DNA from: Mustelus asterias
Lineage: Eukaryota
Length of the DNA stretch: 55,344 bases
Assembly (NCBI RefSeq): GCF_964213995.1
Contig: NW_027590307.1
Coordinates: 434,001 to 489,344, forward strand
Reading direction: 5' to 3'
In this document: positions 45,904 to 55,344 of the stretch, piece after piece
Numbering within the stretch: position 1 is the stretch's first letter
Layout: every line of letters starts with the position of its first letter
Made by a program: the position numbers and the translations under genes
The notes under the pieces: model-generated
The model's input: only the letters and a program-made list of their open reading frames with translations
What the model was told of the DNA's origin: nothing
The model's database searches: none

Positions 45904-46594
45904 ATGGTGTGATGGAGAATACTGTGTATATAACACGCTCTGTCCCAGTTAATTTGTGTTGTGAGTTAAGCATTTCCGTTCGTTCTCACTCTGTTCTGGA
46001 CACAGCTCTGTCAGTGGAAATGGCGGTGCCCGCCTTGTGGTGAGAGGTAGAGAGTTGGGGAAGATTGTGATCTGAATGGTCACTTCCTCTCCACCCCCGT
46101 TACCCTCTCCTGCCTGCAGCTTCTAATAAACAGGCTCCTCTATGCTGCTGCGGGTGACGCCTCACACATTTCACCCTCTCATCATCACCCCAGTCATCTC
46201 ATCCACTCTGATCCTCTCTCAGCCACTTCACTGCCTCCGATCTCCACCAGGTCCTCACATTCCCTCGCTCCTCTCTGACCTCCTGTCCTCTCTCTTTCCA
46301 GCCTCTCTGCCTCTGTCTGCACCACATATCCCCACTCAGTATCCCCCTCTCCCCCTGTGGGCTCTCTCATTCCCTTTCCCCCTCCCCATTCACACACACT
46401 AAGTTCCCATGAGCAGTGATGTCCCAGTGCGATTTTTGCAATTTTGTCAGTACTCGGGTAGGTATTGATTCCAGCAGTCAGGAGATTACCTCCAACCCCA
46501 ATTACCCCTCACCTATCCAATTTTGGAAGGGTAATTCATTACACCCACCTCAGAAAGCAGACCAGGCCTCCGTTTAACATCTATACCTCATGTT

Positions 46595-47493
46595 ACAGTG
46601 CAGCACTCCCTCAGTACTGATCCTCTGACAGTGCAGCACTCCCTCAGTACTGACCCTCTGACAGTGCAGCACTCCCTCAGTACTGACCCTCTGACAGTGC
46701 AGCACTCCCTCAGTACTGACCCTCTGACAGTGCAGCACTCCCTCAGTACTGACCCTCTGACAGTGCAGCACTCCGTCAGTACTGACCCTCTGACAGTGCA
46801 GCACTTCCTCAGTACTGACCCTCTGACAGTGCAGCACTCCCTCAGTACTGACCCTCTGACAGTGCAGCACTCCGTCAGTACTGACCCTCTGACAGTGCAG
46901 CACTCCCTCAGTACTGACCCTCTGACAGTGCAGCGCTCCCTCAGTACTGATCCTCTGACAGTGCAGCGCTCCCTCAGTACTGACCCTCTGACAGTGCAGC
47001 ACTCCCTCAATACTGACCCTCTGACAGTGCAGCACTCCCTCAATACTGACCCTCTGACAGTGCAGCACTCCCTCAATACTGACCCTCTGACAGTGCAGCA
47101 CTCCCTCAGTACTGACCCTCTGACATTGCAGCACTCCCTCAGTACTGACCCTCTGACAGTGCAGCACTCCCTCAGTACTGACCCTCTGACATTGCAGCAC
47201 TCCCTCAATACTGACCCTCTGACAGTGCAGCACTCCCTCAATACTGACCCTCTGACAGTGCAGCACTCCCTCAATACTGACCCTCTGACAGTGCAGCACT
47301 CCCTCAATACTGACCCTCTGACAGTGCAGCACTCCCTCAGTACTGACCCTCTGACATTGCAGCACTCCCTCAGTACTGACCCTCTGACAGTGCAGCACTC
47401 CCTCAGTACTGACCCTCTGACAGTGCAGCGCTCCCTCAGTACTGACCCTCTGACAGTGCAGCGCTCCCTCAGGACTGACCCTCTTATAGTGCA
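46595..47493 (-). repeat. 33-bp minisatellite, about 27 units
   Basis: Same unit and orientation as 2553-6203. Confidence 0.97.
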
Positions 47494-47859
47494 CTTCATA
47501 AATGCTTAAATTTGGGGGAGAGGAGGTTCAAAGGGGTGCAAGTAAATTAATCTGCTGTAATTTCTATTGGTTTGTGTGATTTCTCACATGTATTTATTCC
47601 CCATCCCTAATTATCCCTGGAGGCGGTGATAGAGAGCCTCGGCGTTGCCCGCTGGCTGCATTCCTGTAGAAGTACTATACACTAACCGAGTGCACCATTG
47701 GAACACACCAAAGTTGGCTGTTTTCATTTCAGTATATTTGTCACTGAATATTTGCATTCAATATGATTTATTGCTAACGGACTGAAAGGTTCCTCATAAA
47801 ATCCCAGTGTGAATTCCACACACGAGGGGGCACATTAGACAAGATCATCGCGGTCCTGG

Positions 47860-48535
47860 ACATGTAGGTACACCCACCATGCTGTTAGGGTGGACGTTCT
47901 AGAATTGTGACCCAGCGACAGTGACGGAATGGTGATATTTCCAAGTCTGATGGTGAGTGACTTGGACGGGAATTTCCAGGTGGTGGTGTTCCCAGGTATC
48001 TGCTGCCCTTGTAGATGGTGGTGGGTTTGGAAGGTGCTGCCTCAGGAACCTTGGTGAGTTGCTGCAGTGCATCTTGTAGATGGTACACACGGCTGCCACT
48101 GAGTGTCGGTGGTGGAGGGAGTGAATGTTTGTGGAAGGGGTGCCAATCAAGCGGGTTGCTTTATCCTGGATGGTGTCGAGCTTCTTGTTGGAGCTGCACT
48201 CATCCAGGCAAGTGGGGAGTATTCCATCACTCTCCTGCCTGTGCCCTGTAGATGGTGGACAGGCTTTGGAGAGTCAGGAGGTGAGTTACTCGCCGCAGGA
48301 TTCCCAGCCTCTGACCTGCTCTGTAGCCACTGTGTTTATATGGTTAGTCCAGTTCAGTTTCTGGTCAATGGTAACCCCCAGTATGTTGATAGTGGGCGAT
48401 TCAGTGATGATAATGCCTTTGAATGTCATTGAGTGATGGTCAGATTCTCTCTTGTTGGAGATGGTTATTGTCTGGCACTTGTTTGGTGTGAATGTTACTT
48501 GCCACGTATCAGCCCAAGCCTGAATATTGTCCTGG
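47860..48535 (-). mobile_element. Second-family LINE fragment
   Basis: IGTPSTNIHSLHHRHSVAAVCTIYKMHC on the minus strand. Confidence 0.8.
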
Positions 48536-48599
48536 TCTTTAATTTGGCAGACATTTTTGGATTTGAGTTGTTAAATGATGAATGGAGAGGGGGCCACTT

Positions 48600-48898
48600 T
48601 AAAGTTTACATATTAGTATCACAAGTAGGTTTACATGAAGTGACCGTGAAAATCCCCTAGTCTCCACACTCGGGCACCCGCCTGTGTTTGGGTACACTGA
48701 GGGAGAATTTAGCATGGCCAATGCACCTAACTATCACGTCTTTCAGAGTGTGGGAGGAAACCGGAGCACCCAGAGGAAACCCATGCAGACATGGGGAGAA
48801 TGCGCAGACTCCACACAGACAGTGACCCAAGCCAGGAATTGAACCCAGGTCCTCAGCGCTGTGAGGCAGCAATGCTAACCAGTGTGCCACCATGCCAC
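48600..48898 (-). mobile_element. V-SINE with alternative tail
   Basis: tRNA head at the 48898 end, V-domain, tail like 42821-43098. Confidence 0.8.
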
Positions 48899-48904
48899 CC
48901 ATGG

Positions 48905-51025
48905 GGTGGGGTAAAATATGGTGTTGGCAAACGAGAAAATGGCTGAGACTTTAGCTAAGTTGTGTGTGTCGGTCTTCACGGTGGAAGACACAAATAGTTT
49001 ACCGAATATTAGAGATCGAGAGTTGGTGGGAGGTGAGGTCCTTAATACAATTACTGTTAAAGAGGTAGTGCTTGGTAGACCAATGGGACTGAAGGTAGAC
49101 AAGTCCCCGGGCCCGGATGGAATGCATCCCAGGGTACTGAAAGAAATGGCTGAGGTAATAGCAGATGCGTTAGTAGTTATTTATCAAAATTCACTGGAAT
49201 CTGGGGTAGTGCCGGTTGATTGGAAAACAGCTACTGTTATGCTGCTGTTTAAAAAAGGAAGTAGACAAAAGGCGGGTAACTACAGGCCGGTTAGCTTAAC
49301 GTCCGTAGTTGGGAAGATGCTGGAGTCCATCATTAAAGAGGAAATAGCAGAGCACCTGGATAAGAATGGTTCGATCAAGCAGACGCAGCATGGATTCATG
49401 AAGGGAAAGTCGTGTTTGACGAATTTACTGGATTTTTATGAAGATGTGACGAGTGCGGTTGACAGAGGGGAACCGGTGGATGTGGTGTTTTTAGATTTCT
49501 AGAAGACATTCGATAAGGTGCCTCATAAAAGGTTACTGCAGAAGATTGGGGTATCATAGAATCCTACAGTGCAGAAAGAGGCCATTCGGCCCATCGAGTC
49601 TGCACCAACCACAATCCCACCTAGGCCCTATCCACATATCTCTACATATTTACCCACTAACCCCTCTAACCTATGCATCCCGGGACACTAAGGGGCAATT
49701 TAGGATGGCCAATCAACCTAGCCCGCACATCTTTGGACTGTGGGAGGAAACCGGAGCACCCGGAGGAAACCCACGCAGACACAGGGAGAATGTGCAAATT
49801 CCACACAGACAGCGACCCGAGCCAGGATTCGAACCCAGGTCCCTGGAGCTGTGAAGCAGCAGTGCTAACCACTGTGCTACCGTGCTGTCCACGGGTACAC
49901 GGAGTTGGGGGTAAGGTGTTGGCGTGGATTGGGGATTGGCTATCTAACAGGAAGCAGAGACTTGGGATAAATGGGTGCTTTTCTGGTTGGCAGTTGGTGA
50001 CCAGTGCCATGCCGCAGGGATCGGTGCTGGGGCCTCAATTGTTTACCATTTACATAGATGATTTGGAGGAGTGTAGGGTATCAAAGTTTGCTGATGACAT
50101 GAAGATGAATGGGAAAGCGAATTGCATGGAGGACGTGGAAAGTCTGCAGAGAGATTTGGATAGGCTGAGCGAGTGGGCGAGGATCTGGCAGATGGAATAT
50201 AACGTTGGCAAATGTGAGGTTATCCACTTTGGAAGAAATAATAGTAAATTGGAATATTATTTAAATGGAGAAAAATTACATCGTGCGACTGTGCAGAGGG
50301 ACCTGGGGGTCCTTGTGCACGAATCGCAAAAACTCAGTCTGCAGGTGCAGCAGGTGATCAAGAAGGCAAATGGAATGTTGGCCTTTATCGCAAAGGGGAT
50401 GGAGTATAAAAGCCGGGAGGTCTTGCTGCAACTGTACAAGGCACTGGTGAGGCCGCAACTGGAATACTGTGTGCACTTTTGGTCCTCGTATTTGCGAAAG
50501 GATATATTGGCCTTGGAGGGAGTGCAGAGAAGGTTCACCAGGTTGATACCGGAGATGAGGGGTGTAGATTATGAGGAGAGATTGAACAGATTGGGTCTGT
50601 ACTCATTAGAGTTTAGAAGGCTGAGGGGTGATCTTATAGAGACATATAAGATAATGAAGGGGCTGGATAGGGTAGAGGTAGAGAGATTCTTTCCACTTAG
50701 AAGGGAAACCAGAACTAGGGGGCGCAGCCTCAAAATAAGTGGGGGCCGGTTCAGAACAGAGTTGAGGGGGAACTTCTTCTCTCAGAGGGTAGTGAATCAC
50801 TGGAATTCTCTGCCCATTGAAGTGGTGGAGGCTACCTCGTTGAATATGTTTAAATCATGGATAGATAGATTTCTGATCGATAAGGAAATTAAGGGATATG
50901 GGGAGCAGGCGGGTAAGTGGAACTGATTCGATTCAGATCAGCCATGATCTTGTTGAATGGCGGGGCAGGCCCGAGGGGCGAGATGGCCTACTCCTGCTCT
51001 TATTTCTTATGTTATGTTCTTATGA
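48905..51025 (+). mobile_element. CR1 LINE RT domain through 3' tail, interrupted by a SINE
   Basis: KSPGPDGMHPRVLKE..NYRPVSLTS..QHGF..LDF, PQGSVLGPQLFTIYIDD..KFADD..WNSLP; tail (TTATG)n. Confidence 0.95.
49554..49892 (-). mobile_element. Full-length HE1-type V-SINE, TSD GGGTA
   Basis: GGGTA at 49549-49553 and 49893-49897. Confidence 0.9.
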
Positions 51026-51399
51026 GGTACAGTAGCCTCCCCCCACTTATATGGAGAGAGGCTACTTCCCCCTCCCCCACCCAACCACCCCACAGTTCTC
51101 CAACCGCATTGACAAACAGATTTCCGCTTCTCACATGTACCATTTCGCAATGGCGGAGCAGTTAAAAACAAAGAGAAGCAGCCATTTTGATGAGCTAACC
51201 CCAGTCACCACATCTCAAAATAAAAAAGTGTCAACTTCCTTATTGAAGCTTGACTCTCGCCTGCATTACCTTCTCTGAGTTTACAACATGCCCGCTTTTT
51301 AAAAATGCATCATCGTGATTCACAATATCTTGCAACCGAGAAAGAGGGCCTGGTTTTTTTACTTCTCTCTCTCGTTGACAGAGCTACCTCTAGCTCCCG

Positions 51400-51790
51400 T
51401 TCCTCCATTCGGCCCATCATGCCTATGCTGGCTCTGAGTTCTCTAATTAATCCAACTCCCCCTCGCTCTTTCTCCCATCTCCCTGCCAGTTCTCCCCTTC
51501 ATGTCTTTCTCCAACTCCCCTATTTGCAAGTTGCTGTTGAATCTGCTTCCACCGCCCTTTCAGGCGGCACCTTCCAGATCACAACAACTTGCTGTGTAAA
51601 AACATTCCTCCTCACCCTCCTCTCTGGTTCTTTACCGATTCTCTTCTTTCTGTGTCCATCTGGTAACCCACCCTCCTGTCACTGGAAACTTTTTCCTCAT
51701 CCACTCCATCCAACACTTCCTGATTTTGAACACCTCAATTCAATGCCCCCCTTAAACTTCCAAGGAGAACAATCCGAGCTTTTCCCGGTC
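51400..51790 (-). mobile_element. Old degenerate CR1 3' fragment
   Basis: CCATTCGGCCCATC tail and TTCCAGATCACAACAAC..TGTGTAAAAACATT (antisense of FTQ.VV.IW). Confidence 0.6.
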
Positions 51791-51859
51791 AAAAATGTAC
51801 ATTTATTTAGTTCCTTTCTGGGCTTTTCATGGAAGGAATTTGGCAAACAAAGTTTGACA

Positions 51860-52670
51860 CAGAACTACCTCAGAAAACATGGTGACCATGGGCTTGGGCA
51901 AAGGAGGAGGGTTTTAAGGAGCGTTTTGGAGGAAACAGAAAGTGAGAGGCCGAGAGGTTTAGGGAGAGAATTTCAGAGGTCAGGTCCCAGGTAGCTGAAG
52001 GCACAGCCGCCAAGGGTGGAACGATGGGAATCGGGCGATGCTCAAGAGACTGGAATTGGAGGAGCGCAGACATCCCACAGGGCTGTCGGCGGTTACAGAG
52101 ATAGGGAGGGCTGTAGGAGGTTACAGAGATAGCGAGTGTTGTAGGGACTGGAGGAGGTTACAGCGATAGGGAGGGTTGTAGGGGCTGAAGGAGGTTAGAG
52201 ATAGGGAGGATTGTAGAGGATGGAGTATGTTAGAGATACTGAGGGTTGCAGGGACTGGAGGTTACAGATAGGGAGTGTTGTAGGGGCTGGAGGAGGTTAT
52301 AGAGATAGGGAAGGTAGTAGGGGCTTGGAGGAGGTTACAGTGATAGGGATGGGTTGTAGGGACTGGAGGTTAGAGATAGTGAGGGTTGTAGGGACTGGAG
52401 GTTACAGATAGGGAGTGTTGTAGAAGCTGGAGGAGGTTACAGAGATAGGGAAGGTAGTAGGGGCTGGAGGAGGTTACAGTGATAGGGAGGGTTGTAGGGA
52501 CTGGAGGTTACAGAAATAGGGAGGGTTGCTGAGGCTTGAGGAGGTTACAGAGATAGGGAGGGTTGTCAGGGCTGGAGGAGGTTACAGAGTTGGGAGGGTT
52601 GTCAGGGCTGGAGGAGGTTACAGAGTTGGGAGGGTGAAAGGGCCGTGGATGGATTTGAAAACTGAGGTGT
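51860..52670 (-). mobile_element. L2-like LINE 3' fragment containing an internal ~34-37-bp tandem expansion (52090-52635)
   Basis: The minus strand reads colinearly VFKSIHG..[PYLCNLL.P.NP]n..LRSSNSSLL..GGCAFSYLGPDL*NSLPKPL, resembling an L2 ORF2 C-terminus. Confidence 0.7.
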
Positions 52671-52918
52671 TGCCGGATGATGAGCCAATAGAGATAAAGG
52701 GTGTGGGCACCAGACACTCCAAACCAAAACTGTAACATAACTGGTGCCTCTTGTGACTGGCACCAACCCAATTAAAACCCCCTTACGAGGGGATAAATTA
52801 GCAGGTTCATTTGGAGGGGATGGGCTGGTGAGATCTGAAAGGAATTTAGCAGGAGAGGCACAGACCACAGTGGGGGATGAAGAAATAGAAATTAAAGAGG
52901 AGGAAATGTGTTACCCAC

Positions 52919-52967
52919 CTGCTGGCATGGCCTGAAGCAGGAAGAGCAGGGCAAGGAGGGACTGCAT
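52919..52967 (-). CDS. FCER1G: Fc receptor common gamma chain, coding exon 1 (signal peptide MQSLLALLFLLQAMPA + G)
   Basis: ATG at 52967 starts a hydrophobic leader. The exon has 49 coding nt ending in phase 1 before a GT donor (G|gtgggt), the size and phase I recall for mammalian FCER1G exon 1. It joins exon 2 in frame (G+AG=E). Confidence 0.85.
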
Positions 52968-53115
52968 CGCTGGCTGCTCAGTGACCTGTCCGAGAGGATA
53001 TATCACACACACTGCACACTGTCAGCTACAGCCTGCCTTATGTGAGCGCAGGAGGAAGTGCTTACACACTGGACCTTACTAACCGAGAGTGTGGTCAGAG
53101 ACGCAGGAAGTAGAG
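52968..53115 (-). promoter_or_regulatory. Putative FCER1G proximal promoter/5'UTR with PU.1/ETS and RUNX motifs
   Basis: GAGGAAGTG (53052-53060), TGTGGTC (53090-53096) and CAGGAAGT (53104-53111) cluster within 150 nt upstream of the ATG in a short unique island. Confidence 0.6.
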
Positions 53116-53189
53116 GGAGAGACAGAGACAGAGAGAGACACTGAGTGGGATCGGGGATGGGAAGGGGGGGAGGGGCAATGAGAAGGGAC

Positions 53190-53285
53190 GGGGGTCCAAA
53201 GAGCGGGGAGGGGGTCCAAAGAGCGGGGAGGGGGCCCAAAGTGCGGGGAGGGGGCCCAAAGAGCGGGGAGGGGGTCCAAAGAGTG
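53190..53285 (+). repeat. 20-bp tandem repeat GGGG(T/C)CCAAAGAGCGGGGAG, about 4.5 units
   Basis: Visible repeat. Confidence 0.85.
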
Positions 53286-53317
53286 GAAGGGAGAGAGCGA
53301 GAGAGAAAATGGGGGGG

Positions 53318-55330
53318 GGGGAGGGAGTGTGGAGGGAGGGAGTGTGGAGGGAGGGAGTGTGGAGGGAGGGAGTGTGGAGGGAGGGAGAAGGAGTGTGGGA
53401 GGAGGGAGACGGAGTGTGGAGGGAGGGAGACGGAGTGTGGAGGGAGGGAGACGGAGTGTGGAGGGAGGGAGACGGAGTGTGGAGGGAGGGAGACGGAGTG
53501 TGGAGGGAGGGAGACGGAGTGTGGAGGGAGGGAGACGGAGTGTGGAGGGAGGGAGACGGAGTGTGGAGGGAGGGAGACGGAGTGTGGAGGGAGGGAGACG
53601 GAGTGTGGAGGGAGGGAGACGGAGTGTGGAGGGAGGGAGACGGAGTGTGGAGGGAGGGAGACGGAGTGTGGAGGGAGGGAGACGGAGTGTGGAGGGAGGG
53701 AGACGGAGTGTGGAGGGAGGGAGACGGAGGGTGGAGGGAGGGAGACGGAGGGGGGAGGGAGGGAGACGGAGGGTGGAGGGAGGGAGACGGAGGGGGGAGG
53801 GGGAGGGAGACGGAGTGGGGAGGGAGGGAGACGGAGGGGGGAGGGAGGGAGACGGAGGGGGGAGGGAGGGAGACGGAGGGGGAGGGAGGGAGACGGAGGG
53901 TGGAGGGAGGGAGACGGAGGGGGGAGGGAGGGAGACGGAGGGGGGAGGGAGGGAGACGGAGGGTGGAGGGAGGGAGACGGAGGGGGGAGGGAGGGAGACG
54001 GAGGGGGGAGGGAGGGAGACGGAGGGGGGAGGGAGGGAGACGGAGGGGGGAGGGAGGGAGACGGAGGGGGGGAGGGAGGGAGACGGAGGGGGGGAGGGAG
54101 GGAGACGGAGGAGGGGGGAGGGAGGGAGACGGAGGGGGGGAGGGAGGGAGACGGAGGGGGGAGGGAGGGAGACGGAGGAGGGGGGAGGGAGGGAGACGGA
54201 GGAGGGGGGAGGGAGGGAGACGGAGGAGGGGGGAGGGAGGGAGACGGAGGAGGGGGGAGGGAGGGAGACGGAGGAGGGGGGAGGGAGGGAGACGGAGGAG
54301 GGGGAGGGAGGGAGACGGAGGAGGGGGGAGGGAGGGAGACGGAGGAGGGGGAGGGAGGGAGACGGAGGAGGGGGGAGGGAGGGAGACGGAGGAGGGGGGA
54401 GGGAGGGAGACGGAGGAGGGGGGAGGGAGGGAGACGGAGGAGGGGGGAGGGAGGGAGACGGAGGAGGGGGGAGGGAGGGAGACGGAGGAGGGGGGAGGGA
54501 GGGAGACGGAGGAGGGGGGAGGGAGGGAGACGGAGGAGGGGGGAGGGAGGGAGACGGAGGAGGGGGGAGGGAGGGAGACGGAGGAGGGGGGAGGGAGGGA
54601 GACGGAGGAGGGGGGAGGGAGGGAGACGGAGGAGGGGGGAGGGAGGGAGACGGAGGAGGGGGGAGGGAGGGAGACGGAGGAGGGGGGAGGGAGGGAGACG
54701 GAGGAGGGGGGAGGGAGGGAGACGGAGGAGGGGGGAGGGAGGGAGACGGAGGAGGGGGGAGGGAGGGAGACGGAGGAGGGGGGAGGGAGGGAGACGGAGG
54801 AGGGGGGAGGGAGGGAGACGGAGGAGGGGGGAGGGAGGGAGACGGAGGAGGGGGGAGGGAGGGAGACGGAGGAGGGGGGAGGGAGGGAGACGGAGGAGGG
54901 GGGAGGGAGGGAGACGGAGGAGGGGGGAGGGAGGGAGACGGAGGAGGGGGGAGGGAGGGAGACGGAGGAGGGGGGAGGGAGGAGACGGAGGAGGGGGGAG
55001 GGAGGGAGACGGAGGAGGGGGGAGGGAGGGAGACGGAGGAGGGGGGAGGGAGGGAGACGGAGGAGGGGGAGGGAGGGAGACGGAGGAGGGGGAGGGAGGG
55101 AGACGGAGGAGGGGGAGGGAGGGAGACGGAGGAGGGGGGAGGGAGGGAGACGGAGGAGGGGGAGGGAGGGAGACGGAGGAGGGGGGAGGGAGGGAGACGG
55201 AGGAGGGGGAGGGAGGGAGACGGAGGAGGGGGGAGGGAGGAGACGGAGGAGGGGGAGGGAGGGAGACGGAGGAGGGGGGAGGGAGGGAGACGGAGGAGGG
55301 GGGAGGGAGGAGACGGAGGAGGGGGAGGGA
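53318..55330 (+). repeat. ~2-kb purine-rich minisatellite (GGAGGGAGGGAGACGGAG[TGT/GGG/GAGGGG]), 21-24-bp units
   Basis: Visible repeat; source of the spurious Pro-rich 748-aa ORF. Confidence 0.95.
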
Positions 55331-55344
55331 ATACTCACCACGGC

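Noticed and set aside
45172-45936. HCPHQTLPGQVQHGVRYRVNLPL repeat ORFs (also at 11102, 13940, 14381)
   Set aside because: A 69-bp dispersed minisatellite with indels and no splice or selection evidence.
49820-49892. tRNA gene-like A/B boxes (also in other SINE heads)
   Set aside because: These are tRNA-derived SINE heads followed by a V-domain and LINE tail, not tRNA genes.
48918-50926. Intact active reverse transcriptase gene
   Set aside because: 5'-truncated CR1 with an in-frame stop (49500-49502) and a SINE insertion. No full-length autonomous LINE or Penelope ORF exists in the window.
53095-55341. 748-aa proline-rich extensin-like ORF
   Set aside because: Antisense of a G/A-rich repeat that cannot encode stops; unit-length changes shift frame freely.

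Overview
This is vertebrate genomic DNA, most likely from a shark or other elasmobranch, judged from HE1-type V-SINEs, CR1 LINEs and Penelope elements. It is dominated by retroelements and minisatellites, and almost all long ORFs in the track are repeat artefacts or LINE/Penelope fragments. One complete host gene lies on the minus strand: a five-exon Fc receptor common gamma chain (FCER1G). Its coding exons are 52967-52919, 37147-37056, 33743-33693, 26757-26737 and 25761-25693, giving 93 aa with a signal peptide, a TM Cys/Asp and one ITAM. The promoter carries PU.1/ETS and RUNX motifs. The most striking unexplained element lies about 1.7 kb downstream on the same strand: a 30-bp repeat ORF (22997-24067, SNPEPEAQAV-type) whose unit variation is largely synonymous. 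It has a phase-0 acceptor in frame with FCER1G exon 4, so it could be a CD3-eta-like, ITAM-less alternative tail, or an independent gene. Other observations are a Penelope-mediated tandem duplication, inverted Penelope pairs with hammerhead-like motifs, minisatellites apparently born from transposon sequence, and a higher-order repeat. TE boundaries are approximate and family names come from recognition, not database search.
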